A DNA stretch of 64,000 nt from the human T2T-CHM13v2.0 reference genome, Homo sapiens, in the NCBI RefSeq assembly GCF_009914755.1, contig NC_060947.1. The stretch is one strand, 5' to 3'. Of this stretch, positions 42,466-56,728 are shown one piece after another (the first letter of the stretch is position 1; every line of letters starts with the position of its first letter). Below the pieces are notes generated by a model. The model was given only the letters and a program-made list of their open reading frames with translations, did not search any database and had not been told where the DNA came from. The position numbers and the translations under genes are program-made.

Positions 42466-45400
42466 TATAATTTCTGCATGTAGTAATCTGACTTTGAAAT
42501 GTAATATTCATTGTGCATTGATTCTTGTTTTAAACTTTAATTTTAACATGTTATAAAGTTGATCTAAATTGGGTTTTATATTTTCTTCTTTAATCTTCTG
42601 AGATTCAAAGAATAAAAAGAAAAAACAAAAACAAAAAAACTATTCCTTGTTTACAGACTGAATCTAAAATATGTGGTAGATTGAGTTTAACTGCTATTTT
42701 TTTTAAGCCTGAACTTTCTGCCCCAGATTCTGAAAAATAAAAATAACAAATGAAAATGGTGTCAGATACAGAATTGGAATTTGAACCCTTAGTTTACACA
42801 ATGTGACATTATATTACACAAAAATAAACTAATACATGTATTTACTTCATACATTTATCAATGTTTGATAGAGGGATGTATCAGAAAAAAAAAAGATGAA
42901 AGAAAAGAAGTGGAAATATAGCTAGACTTAATGGAACTGAAATGGGAAATTTAAAAACCTCAAAAAGAAATGTTTACACTCAAAGTGCACTGTTTCCCTC
43001 ATCAATTTCTGGCTGCATGTTCCTAGCTTGTACTTCATGTAAGGAATGGGTGTGATTCATGTCAGAGCAGCTAAGTTTTCAGGGCTTGCTAGAAAATAGA
43101 ATGATTTAGAGGCATCTGCCACTAAGAGCATTGCTTTGTGTCTTATTCCAGTCCTCATCAATGAATCTAGCTGTGTTGGTGTCCTTTCTAAGAGCTTCTC
43201 TTAAGTTTTGGAATACCTAAGTTTCAGAGTAAATTCTACAGATAGTTTATTGATATAAAGGGTATATATCTTCATGATACAATGTCTAGGGAGGATAATT
43301 TATTTCTCTTATGTCTATGAATAATTTATTATTCAAGATTACTTATAAATATAAGATTGAATTCCTTATTGTGTTCAATTGGCCTGATTAAGCCTCTGCA
43401 TGAGGAAAAATAAAATGTTTGAGTCAGAATCTGGGCTGGGAACACTAGAATTTTTTCTTTACTCTGTAGTACATGAACTAAGTATATAATGTTTGGAACT
43501 GCCCTAGAAAATTAATGTCGTCCTTACAATTTATGTCACTTTCCCAGCAGCGTCATAACTAACCAGATAATATTTTTAAATGTTTTGCCAGCAAAATAGT
43601 TTTTTATTTTGAGTATTATAGGAGACATATGTGTCCCTTGAGAAAGAGCTTATACAATTCTGAAGTTATCAGTAATAGAATGTACACGTGCACACACATA
43701 CATAAAAATGATATGGCATATATACTCAGGGGCAGGTTAACATCAGTATTTCAAACATTTTGATAATCTCAGCTTTACATATTATTATTTTTCTCACTTT
43801 ACAAAAGAGATATATATTAAACAATTTTACACAATATTTTAAATGGGTTGAATTGTATTTAAAATGTATTTGTTATTTTAAAATCAAAGAAATGAGAAAA
43901 TTGGCAACCAGGCCTTAGCTGATACGATCACTGTCCATCTCCCCAAAGTGTTGATTTGCAATTCTACCTCTCAGTTACTCTGCACCAATAATACTCAGTG
44001 GCCTTTAATTTCCTCCAGTGTTCCAAAATCCATTCTGTCTCAGGCTTTTGCACATGCTCCACACCAGAAACACTCTTCTTTTCCTCCCTCTTCCTTTTGC
44101 TTTTCTCACTTTTAAGAAGCAAAATTCTCTCCTTTATCTTACAGGATAAAGTCGCTTTCTTGGAAAAGCATCCTCTGATCCCCAGAGCAGGTTCATTTCC
44201 AATGTTTTATGTTCCCTCTATTCCTTGCACTTCTTTGTAACACCTGTCATGAGTGAAAGTATTCATGTAACCACTTGTTTTACAGCTAAACGATGTTTCT
44301 TCCAGCTAAACTATGTTTCATTAGGACAGGGACTACACTGCACAGGACATTTATAAATGACAATACAAATATTCCCTAGCTGATTTTAATTCCCCCCAAC
44401 ATATGGGGTCTATGAAGATAAAGTCCTTATCTTCCTTATTCACTGCTCTATCCTAAGCCCCTTAATACAGGATCTGGCTCATGGTATTTGTTCAATGAAT
44501 AGTTGTTGAATTAATTGATGAAAAAAATTAACTTTTAGTATAGTGAAGAGTTATCTCTCTACTTTTATCTGTTCTGTCAAATGTTTTAGCTTTTATATAT
44601 TAGTTTTTTAATTTTTAGTTTTGTAATGTTTATATATTAGGTATATTGAAGAAAACTACATTATATGTTAGGTATATTGACACTTGCAATTCATGAAAAC
44701 TTTAAATCTTGAAATATGTTTTGTAAAATTGAGAATGCATAACATAATTTATAAGCAAGAATGATTCCTTATAAATTGTGATTATAACACAACAGCTAAA
44801 TAGAAAGATATGATTGTAAATATATCTCTTCAATAATGAGTAGAATTAAAATGTCAGAATTTGAGAGGTAGAACTACCCTAGGTTTCATTTAGCACAACG
44901 AAAACATGTCATAAATAAATACAAATGATAAGTGATTTGCCCAGTGTCATAAAGATACTTAGTGGCAGAAGAAAATTTTAACTCCAAATTTCTGACCTCT
45001 TTTTCTGTTCCATAATACTCCTATATTTTGAGTATGAAATTTTGAATAAATATGAGGCTAAGACACATTTGTTAATTTCTCTTAATGTGCAATCAGGAAA
45101 TTGAAATAAGGGCTTTCAATAAGCAAACACAGCTCCTAGTAACATGACCAAAGAGCCTTATAATACTTTTACCATGATGTGGTATCCATACCTCCCCAGC
45201 TTATTTTCTTTGGATCTCAAAATGGATACTTTGCCTGTCTCCTATTGCTATTAATTGCCACATACATCTCTTTGTGTGATTTGCTTGGCAGCCCTGAAAA
45301 CAGCTGGCTGTCTGGTTGGATCAGTCCCCCGTGGCAAACTCAGGACTCTGCGTTCCCAGTACTGGCTCACAGAATCTGGTTGAATCACGTGAGTTATTTA

Positions 45401-46715
45401 TACTTCACTATACTTGGTTCCTGGCACCAGAATTGGTAGAGGTCCATTTTGAAATGTGTTTGGTCAACCATGAGTTGAGTCAACTCAGCACTTGACATTA
45501 AGGGTGTCTTCTGGTACATGACAGTGGGTGTTCCCAAGGAATTAGAAGCCACATGTGTCAAATTGCAAATAACTCAGGTTTATATTTTAATACAGTTCAA
45601 TTTTGCCTATTTATTAGAGGGAATTATGGTAGCAATTAATAAACATGCTTAATCAGTGACATAATCATAACATTTGAAGAGGTTGGGAAAATGCTGAGGT
45701 AGTTGAAAAATTAGTAAAAGGCATTTTGGAACCAAATACCTCAAAATCTCTTGGACATGGATTATAATATAATATGTAACATGCATCATGTGTAATATAT
45801 TTTAACACATTTGTCCCTGATTTTTTCCCATTAAAAATGGGAAATTATAAAGACACTTTCTTTCTTTATGATTGTATTGTTTAAGGGGACAAAGAATAAA
45901 GGCTTTAACAAAATTTGGTTGGGCACCGTGTCATAGAATTTAAAGATGCCCAATATCACTGTTATTAAAGGACATCTAAGTTATTGAGAGAATGCCATAA
46001 TTAGAAGGAAAATGCAAGCACTGTTCTGAGAGAACTATTGATTCTTTGCTTTCAGACTACTCATTTGTTTAAGACAAATGTGCAAGCTACACCAAAGAAC
46101 ACCATATCACCTTGGAGTTGCTGCCTCCGCAGTGGTACAACTGCTGATACAGACAGGCTTGCATTTTCTCTTGAAGTCTTCTATCTTCCTTTAGTGTCAT
46201 TGAACAAGGGCTGCTGAAGTGTCAGAAAAAAATATTTATTGCTCTTCCATATGTCACTGCCCTCCCGCCAGTGACATGTGTACTCATCAGTCAAACGGAA
46301 ACTACCCACCATGTTTGATTTACTGCAGTTGAAGGAAATCTGTTTGTGGGTTCCTATAACATAAGCCATTCTGCTAGAGATTAATGCCCTGATTTGCATG
46401 CAGTTCATGAGAGTTATATCATTAGTTTTCATGATATACCAGAACTAAATGGAAGAAGTCCAATTCTGTTTTTTCCTCTGTGGGGTCCTGCTCTTTTTCT
46501 TTCCCCTCCCTAACCTTTTCATTAACTTTCCCCTTGTTGTTCAGTAAAACATTATTTACTTTGTGCCATCTCAGGACTTGGTAGGAGATTAAGTGATTAA
46601 GTTTTAGCAACACAGAAACCATGAATAAAGTCCCTCTTCAGAACACCTGGAAAATTACTTGAATAGCAACAGACTCTCTGGCCTTGGAAATGGACTTTTA
46701 ACAAACATACCATGG

Positions 46716-46779
46716 TGAAAAATAAAATTGAGAAAATTTTATTTTTCAAAAATAAAATTTTCTGAAAAATAAAATTGAG
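46716..46779. repeat. Perfect 16 bp-arm palindrome flanked by 17 bp direct repeats
   Basis: agaaaattttattttt-c-aaaaataaaattttct (46731-46763). tgaaaaataaaattgag occurs at 46716-46732 and 46763-46779. Confidence 0.92.
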
Positions 46780-47314
46780 TTTTCTCACTGACATCTATGT
46801 ACCATTTACAATCTGTGAGGGATGCGGGGTAAGAAGGTTTTCAGAGCTTTCGGAGTTGCTCAAGTTTAAGAAAGTTTTCTAACATACTATAATTCTACTG
46901 TATAGAATTCAAAATATATCTGTGTTGACATTTTTGTGCTATAAGTAAAAACATTCTATAGGTGTATAATTGAATCTACTTTGACTAGCCACACCTGATT
47001 GCTATATAGAACCTGTGATGATGGCAACCGAGATGACTAAGAGCAGCTACATTTATTCAGATGCAGGTTAAAAAGTGGATAATGATTGAGATATTTATTC
47101 CATATCCCAACATCTTCACCAGAGCTCTTGAAGCATATGAAATTCTATTTAACTCTTTAAATAGAATTTAAACAGTAAAATTTGACTATTAGTACTCTTA
47201 TAAAGAATATCCTATAAAGAATTTATCTATGTAAATAAAAAAGATTTTATTATAATGTACAGAACCCAAGTCTTTTGTACTTCTCAGACATTAGGCAATA
47301 GATTATAAAGATTT

Positions 47315-49190
47315 CACAAAGCAGACTCCACAAAAAAACTGTTAGAATTAATAAAATATTCAGTAAAATTGCAGGATACAAATCACCATACAAAAGTCAT
47401 TGCATTTCTATACACTGATAATGAACTCTCAGAAATTATAAAACAATCCCATTTACAATAGCATCAAAAAGAATAAAATAGAAATAAACTTAACCAATGA
47501 AGTGAAAGGTGTATACACTAAAAACTACAAAACATTGATTAAGGAAACTAAAGGATACACAAATAAATGACAGACATCCTGTATTCATGCATTGGAAGAC
47601 TTAAGTTAAAATGTCTGTACTACCCAAAGTAACCTGCAGATTCAGTGCTATCTCCAACAGAATTAGAATAGCATGTTTTATGCAGAAAGAGAAAATCAAT
47701 CCTGCAATTCATATGGAACCACAAATGACCCAGAATAGACAAAGTGATCTTGAGAAAGAACAAAGTTGGAGGCATCACAGTTCCTGATTTCAAAATGTAT
47801 TACAAGCTACAATAATTAAAACAATATGGTACTGGCATGAAGATGGAGATATGGACCAAGGGACGGAAATAAATCCGTACATATATTGCCAACTGATCTT
47901 TGAGAAGAGTTCCAAGAACACACAGTGAGAAAAGGGAACTGCTCAACAAATGGTGTTGGGAAAACTGGATATTCACATACATAAGAATACAATCAGACCC
48001 CTATATTACACCACACATAAAAACCAACTCAAAATGGACTAACGACTTAAATGTAGGACCTGAAACCATAAAACCTCAAGAAGAAAACATAGGGGAATAT
48101 CTTCTGGATACTGGTCTTTGCAATGATTTCTTGGATATGATGACAAAAGCTTAGACGACAAAAGAAAAAACAGAGAAGTGTTATGAATTAGTCCTTTTTC
48201 ACACTGCTGATAAAGACATACGTGAGACTGGGCAATTTATAAAAGAAAGAGGTTTAATTGGACTTACTGTTCCACGTGGCTGGGGAAGCCTCACAATCAT
48301 GGCAGAAGGCAAGGAGGAGCAAGTCCTGTCTTACATGTATGGCAACAGGCAAAGAGAGAATGAGGAAGGCGCAAAAGTGGAAACCTCTAATAAAACCATC
48401 ATATCTCATGAGACTTATTCACTACATGAGAATAGTAGGGGGAAACTGCCCCCATGATTCAATTATCTCCCACCAGTTTCCTCCCTCAACACATGGGAAT
48501 TATGGGAGTACAATTCAAAATAATATTTGGGTGGGGACAGAGGGCCAAATAATATCATGGTACTACATCAAACTAAAATATTTTACACCCCAAATGATAT
48601 AATCAACAGAATGAAAAGGCAGCCTACAGAATGGGAGAAAATATGTGCAAACTATACATCTGATAAGGGGCTAATTTCAAAAATATATAAAGAACTCCTA
48701 CAAATAGGAAATAAACATATAAACCCAATTAAAAATGGGCAAAGGACTTGAACAGAAATTTCTCCAAGAAGACATACAAATGACCAACAAGGTATATGAA
48801 AATGTGCTCAAAATCATTAATTGACAGGAAAATTCAAATCAAAACTACAATAAAATATCACCTCACACTTGTTAGGATGGCTACTATTAAAAAGGAAGTG
48901 TTGGTGAGGATCTGGATAAACTGGAATTGTTGTACACTGTTGTTGGGAATATAAAATAGTACAGCAGCTATGGAAAACAGCATGGATGTTCCTCAAAAAA
49001 TTACAAATGGAATTACCATATGATCCAGCACTATTACTTCTGGGTATATATTGAAAATAATTGAAATAATAATCTCAAAGAGATATCTATACTCCCATGT
49101 CCACTGCAGCATTATTCACATTAGACAAGATACAGAAACAACCAAGTGTCTGGATGAATGTATGAATGAATAATGTATGGTGTGTGATTA
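47315..49190 (+). mobile_element. Old L1 (L1MA/MB-type) ORF2 3' region, split by THE1 and ending in an AT-rich array
   Basis: ORFs 47900-48154 (LLNKWCWENWI) and 48527-48751 (INRMKRQPTEWEKICANY) are ORF2-like. Confidence 0.88.
48184..48557 (-). mobile_element. THE1 (MaLR) solo LTR
   Basis: tgaattagtcc...cactgctgataaagacata...gggtggggacag...atatca. 5 bp TSD tgtta/tggta with one mismatch. Confidence 0.93.
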
Positions 49191-51148
49191 ATATATATGT
49201 ATAATATTCCATTATATAAAAAATATATACTATTCCATTATATAGAGTATACAATATTTTGTTATATATGATATGTAATATTCCATTATACATAATATGC
49301 AACATTTTGTTATATATATTTCACTATATATAATATATATATTCATTATAATATAATGTTCCATTATATATTATTTCATTTTATATATTATATATTATAT
49401 ATATTATATATTTTATATAATATATAATATATAATAATATAATAAAAAATAAAAATAAAAATATATAAATAAAAATAAAATATATAAATAAATATATAAA
49501 TAACAAAAATATATAAATAAATATATTTATATAATTATATACATTATGTATTTTATATAATATTATATATTTTATATAATATATCTTATATATCTTATAT
49601 GATAATATATAATATATCTTATATATCTTATATAATATATAATATATCTTATATATCTTATATGATAATATATAATATATCTTATATATCTTATATGATA
49701 ATATATATCTTATATATCTTATATGATAATATATAATATATCTTATATATCTTATATGATAATATATATCTTATATATCTTATATGATAATATATAATAT
49801 ATCTTATATATCTTATATGATAATATATATCTTATATATCTTATATGATAATATATAATATATCTTATATATCTTATATGATAATATATATCTTATATAT
49901 CTTATATGATAATATATAATATATCTTATATATCTTATATGATAATATATATCTTATATATCTTATATGATAATATATAATATATCTTATATATCTTATA
50001 TGATAATGTATAATATATCTTATATATCTTATATGATAATATATATCTTATATATCTTATATGATAATATATATCTTATATATCTTATATGATAATATAT
50101 ATCTTATATATCTTATATGATAATATATAATATATCTTATATATCTTATATGATAATGTATATCTTATATATCTTATATGATAATATATAATATATCTTA
50201 TATATCTTATATGATAATATATATCTTATATATCTTATATGATAATATATAATATATCTTATATATCTTATATGATAATATATATCTTATATATCTTATA
50301 TGATAATATATAATATATCTTATATATCTTATATGATAATGTATAATATATCTTATATATCTTATATAATATATATCTTATATATCTTATATGATAATAT
50401 ATAATATATCTTATATATCTTATATGATAATATATATCTTATATATCTTATATGATAATATATATCTTATATATCTTATATGATAATATATAATATATCT
50501 TATATATCTTATATGATAATATATAATATATCTTATATATCTTATATGATAATATATAATATATATTATATATCTTATATAATATATAATATATATTATA
50601 TATCTTATATGATAATATATAATATATATTATATATCTTATATAATATATAATATATATTATATATCTTATATAATATATAATATATATTATATATCTTA
50701 TATGATAAATATAATATATATTATATATCTTATATGATAAATATAATATATATTATATATCTTATATGATAAATATATATATTATATATCTTATATGATA
50801 AATATATATTATATATCTTATATGATAATATATATTATATATTTTATAAAATGAAATATATAATGGAATATTATATATAATGAATATATGTATTATATAT
50901 AATGAAATATGTATAACAAAATATGTAATATATATTATATATTTTATAATATATATTATACAATATATAATATGTATTATATAATATTTTCTTATATATA
51001 TTTCATTATATAATGAATATATATAATATATAGTATATATAATATATAATATATATAATATATCTTATTAATATAATAAATATATATAATATATCATATA
51101 TATTATATATGATATATTCTATATCATATATATAATATATATATCTTA
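49190..51148. repeat. AT-rich minisatellite (VNTR) with 28 and 33 bp units, a 61 bp higher-order repeat and inverted flanks
   Basis: Units cttatatatcttatatgataatatatat (28) and cttatatatcttatatgataatatataatatat (33) alternate from 49681. Arms 49304-49385 and 50845-50922 are imperfect reverse complements. Confidence 0.96.
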
Positions 51149-52909
51149 CAAAAGTAAGATTTTACGATTTCAATCAATAGTATAGATTGCGGTCAAAAGT
51201 ATATTTGATACATTTCTGGCTTTATGTATATGTATAAGAAATTTTCTTTGTACTGTCTTTAGTGCAGACATAATTTATGTTCTTTTCCAATGCATCCATC
51301 CATTGATCCATTTATCTATCAAAAAAGAAAGGCATCTTCTTATAATCATTGTATTTCTCATGTTACTAATATGCAGCATACATACACACACACACACACA
51401 CACCACCACACACTCCTACATCATCTAAAAGCTTATGTAACATGAACCTAAGAATGACTCTTCTTGTTTGATCTGTACAGTCTGACATTAAGTGTATTTT
51501 AAATGGATATTAATGATAATATTCTTAAAAATCCAACAATGATAAAGATTTTTCTCATGAAAGATGGTGTGTTATTTTCCTGAATTGAAAAAATTGACTT
51601 CTCAGTTGGAAGTCAATGACATTTGGGCCCATTTCTTAAAGGATTCTAAGATTAAATCTTCTAAGTAGATTTATTTCTTTACAGATAAAACAAATAAGAA
51701 CATGCTATCACGTCTCCCAGGATTCAGTTTTGTGGGTCTATTAGGCAATTATTAATGGATTAGGAAAAAGGAAAGCTAAGTAAACTCTTCAACTTATATT
51801 ACCACTTTTTGTAAAGATACCAAGCAGATTCAAAGGCACTCCAGAAGTGTCTACATACTTTGAAGGGCTGAAAGGGGACAGGATGATACAAGTGAAGTAA
51901 AACATTTTCAAATGCAAAAGAAAAATAGGGGGCTGAGAGATAAAAAGAAATCAAAGATGAGAAGTAAGGGACAAACAGGAACAGCTAATGTTTCCGATTA
52001 CATTATTAAAAGTGAGTTTATGTATGTCACATAGAAAATTTTAAATTTGTTCCTTTATTCTTGGAGAGCAATAAAACATTGCCTTACGTGTATTATGATC
52101 ATAAACAGTCTAAATTTTCAACAGAGTAATAATCTCCGTTTCATGTAGGAAAATCTTATTTTACATTATTCATCAATAAAATATCTCAGATATGGGAAAT
52201 ATCATTTTACATAAAATGAACAAAAGGTATTTAAAACATATACATTCTATTATTTAAGCACAGTGAGGAACCCTGGTGAGGAAAGGTGGAAAAGGGTGGA
52301 GGGGCAAGATATGTCATCTGAAAATGCAGTCTCTAGACCAATTCTTTGGTAATGATGCTAGAAGTAAGGGACAGTAGGAAAGTCTTGACCTTAGAGTGTA
52401 GAAAAAAGTTTGCGCCTGTGTGGGAGAGTTGCTCGGGGTCTTTTGGGAGATAAGAGTCATGGCATTTTTGTGTGATGCTTAGTGGTACCAGAGATTCTCT
52501 TTCAGTACATCCCAGAGAAAGTTGTTCTCAACTCTAAGAGAGATCCAGGTTCTTCTCTTGGGAGCTTCATAAAACAGCTGTCAAGTTCACAGAGAGAAAA
52601 AGGTCGCAAAAGTTGGTTCCTGAACAACAGGTGCTTGCTGCGGCCACAGCAGAATCGTTAGCAGCCAATTTAAGCAGTTTTAGTGGGCCCATTGGAATAG
52701 ATCTAACAGACTCTGAGATGAAAACAAAGCCCCCTTTGGAAGACAGATTTAAAATATGCACACACGCATTCACATGTGTGTGTATGGGGGATATCTATAT
52801 ATGTATCTATATACACACACACACGTATATATAGAAGATACAGAAGGGGTTTGTGTTTGTATATATCTTCTTCCTTTTCTTCTCTTTAAAACAAACAGAG
52901 GAATTCCAT

Positions 52910-53745
52910 TTTCAGCTAAGAAGGAATAAGGGGCAGGATTTAACCTCCTGCCTGAAACAATAACAGTAAAAAGGAAAAATAAAATAAATGAACTCCTGAA
53001 CATCAGGCAATGAAGGGCACAGATCTCTGGGAGATAAGAAACAAATAAGGAGAACCATATGATAAATCCAGCTTACTGCCTGCAGAAAGTTTCCTGGCCA
53101 TGGTGCACGTATGGGAGTGTAGGAGTGGAAATCAGGCAAAGTCCAGTAAACTCACCAATTTAAGGAGAAAGCTGAGAGTACTGGGAGACCAAGGTGACTA
53201 GAGATTCCAGGACAGAACACTAGAGAGGAGAGAGCTTCATAGAGAGAGCTCCAAAGATCTGCAAAGAATTCCACCCAAGTATTCAGTTGAGTACTGATCA
53301 GCACGTGTATGTGACAAAACTACTTGAGTCAGGGGAAAGAAAAACTTAAAATAATTAGTGGTAGAAGTGTCCCACGTACACACAGGGCTAAGAAATGTAC
53401 CTGTTTCCACCAGTCAGAGAAGGAAAGCATATATTATTAGGTAGGGTATACATAAAAGTCTTGCCTTAGTAGTGAGGAATAATCAACCCTAGACTGAGCA
53501 CTCCTCTAGTCCTTCCAAACAAATCTTAAAAGGAAGATCCGAAATAATAAAACTATTTCCAGTAACTTAATGGCATCCCAGAATAAAGCTTCATAATATT
53601 TTAGGAATACAAAAATATCCAGTATCCAACAAAGTAAAATTCACGATGTCTTGAAATACAATCACAATTTACCAGACATGCAAAGATGCGGGAAAATAAG
53701 GCTCATAATGAGGACATAAATGAATCAACTAATTAAACTGACAGA
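52910..53745 (+). mobile_element. Old L1 5' UTR / ORF1-start fragment
   Basis: ccagtatccaacaaagtaaaattcacgatgtc...accagacatgcaaagatgcgggaaaata resembles L1M 5' regions. Confidence 0.55.
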
Positions 53746-54460
53746 TGTTTACCTCATTAGTGTCCATACATGTATGATTGGTAGATTTCCTTCTAGATGC
53801 TATTCTGTGCCTTTATCAATATATAAATACGCCCACAATAACTGAGTATAGTGGGTCTTTATTATCTCAGTGCTCATCATCAGAGTCCCATATTTGGGGA
53901 AATTTTTAGAAAAATAAAAGTTGTTGCAATGTTAAAACATTTGTTAATAAATAAAGAGATATACAATCAGTCTTCCCTGCACCCCACCAAATCCTTCTCT
54001 GTTTGACATTAGTGCCTCTCCTGTTGGTCTTTCCTTGGTTGCCACAAGTTGCAAAGATAAACTGAAATAACAATGCAAAACAATTGCAAAAGCTCTTCAG
54101 AAATGGATTACTTGAATAACAAAGTATTCGTAGGGTACACTGAAACTAAGGATAAAGCCCTCTAGTATTTTTTACAACATGATCTTCTTTAAAAGATAGC
54201 CACCTAAAGTCAAAAGTTAAATGGCAACTGTCATATGACATTGTACAGTTTTGTTGAAATTATTTAGGCAAAAAAATCTGGACTTGATTTATTCTTATTT
54301 TGTTCTAATAAATAGGGCAGCATTGCAACTAAACTTATTTATAAAATAAAATAAGCATATTTTAATAATATTAAGCCCAAATTAAAGACTTTTTTCTGGT
54401 CTCCTACTATTTATCATTTACTTTCCACCTTGTCTTAAGTGGTAATCAAGAAAGGTTTGA

Positions 54461-54798
<338 letters not shown>

Positions 54799-56454
54799 TA
54801 AGATTAGCTGGGGGAGAATTGCTAGCATGTTGTAAACTCACCCTCCTGAGAAGAAGACATGAGGAATTTTATCTTTCAGTTCACCATAGGTGAGATAACA
54901 CTTGACAGGAACATTCAAAGGGCTTGATTTGTGTCTGCTGCTGTATGGGGACAGAGTGGCCTATCATCTGACATACAGTTCAGGAGTATACATCTGAGAG
55001 GTGTTGGATGGGGCTGCTCGCTCTGATGATGCAACGAGGAGAGGCAGCTACATGGAATTTGGGTGGGACTTCCAAAAGATGCAGTTGGACCAGATGTGGG
55101 TCAAGTGAGGAAACAGATCTGGCCTGGGCCTTTTAAAAATCTTGCCCAAAGGGGACAAGTTAGAAAGGCCAAGGAGCAACAATAGTCTGTGTAGAATGGT
55201 CTGCCTCAAGGGGAGTCTCTTGTGTCATGAGAAGTGCAAATGATTTTTCTTAGTAGGGGCTTTGGAAGAATCCATAAAAATACCTACATTAGACAGAATT
55301 AACATAATAAATTTTTTTTGGCCCGGAAAATAATGGTGACATCCTTTGGAAGCAAAGACAACTAAGTCTCTTTCTGTTTTTCTATCTTCCCTTACTCTTC
55401 CTCACTTCACACTGGCAGAGCCCAGCTAGGGAAGGGGAAAAGATTTAACACTAAATATAGTCCAGAGTTTTGATGATTTCAAGGGCTTAATATTTCAGTT
55501 ATAGAATTGAGACATTTGTATGTGTGTTATATGCATGTGCATGAGACTTAAAGAAACTTTCAGATTGATTTCCTCCCTCTCAACTTTTATCTCTTTTATC
55601 TTATCTTCCCCTGCTGATTTGATTGGAAGAGAGAAGAAAAAAGCAGTAGAGGTGGGTAAACAAGATATTTAGAGATATGCATACTTAAACTTTGTGAAAT
55701 CCCTCTAATATTGTAATTCCATAATTTTGTGTATTGCTCAGTGTAAAACTTCTAAGCAGGGAAAGTTTACCTGGAGTGGCTCTGACACTGGAATCGGCAC
55801 CTTTTCCCCACTTGGAGTATTTTATAGTGCTTGATTTGTTCCCACTTCCCTTTGCAGGGCTCCTATGCTAATCTGACATAAGGACAATCTCTTCTCATTT
55901 AGGGGTTGGTTTCCTGCCCTCAGGTACCATCAGTATGTGTTCACCTCCCACCAGTTTTAAGGCAGGCTTATATAGCATTGACTCTTGGGGGTTGAGTAGG
56001 AAATGTAAGCATTTTTGTAGTAGGATAGCAAATATTCTTTCTGAACTGCAAATACTGATGATCTGTTCTTTTCCTTAATTTCTTCCCTTACTCCAACTCC
56101 TATCATTCGTGCACCCACTTTCCCTGAATCTTTGACACATTTTGCCTGCTCCTTCAGTCACTGCACATACCCGAGATGATGATCTTTTTCATGGAGTGTG
56201 GATGCCTAAGTTGTTCCGTCTTCCTTTTGAATCCACTTACAAGGGCCATCAGTCTTAAGATGCTCACTTGGTGTCAATAGGCCACCTTAGTTTTTTGACA
56301 ATCCAGTCTCTAGGGGTACTGAATGTTACTCCAAGTAATTATTCCAGTTCTTGGTGAATGAAGATATTTCTTACTGTTCTTGAGAGTTTTGTATGGGAAC
56401 AGTGAGTAGATTAAAAGTCTTTTGAATATACAGACATATCCGTGAAACTGGGAG

Positions 56455-56728
56455 ACAGCATGGTAGTTAAGTAGGTGGACTTCACTGTCGCTCTGCCTTG
56501 GGTCAGATCCTGGCTCCCGCATTTGATTGCGCATGGTCTTAAGAAAATTACTTAACCTCACTACGCCTTATTTTTTAATTTATTAAACGAGAATGATGAC
56601 CACAATAATATTATTTATCTTAGCTTTCCTTTTGTTGAGGAGGGGGTGAAGCCTAAGTGAGATTATACATACAAAGCACTTAAGTTAGGACATGATGTAT
56701 ACTAAGCACTCAATAAATGTTAGTTACA
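56455..56728 (+). mobile_element. MIR, near full-length
   Basis: gcatggtagttaag..., core aaattacttaacctc, and 3' end taagcactcaataaatgttagttac. Confidence 0.8.

Noticed and set aside
46118-46136. CTCF-like motif ctgcctccgcagtgg
   Set aside because: Spacing is one base off the core consensus, so it is not supportable by eye.
50480-50737. Repetitive I/Y/N ORF
   Set aside because: Translation of the AT minisatellite.
52567-52834. Overlapping short ORFs in a unique GC-balanced patch
   Set aside because: No recognisable protein or convincing splice-site pair, and the ORF runs into a microsatellite.
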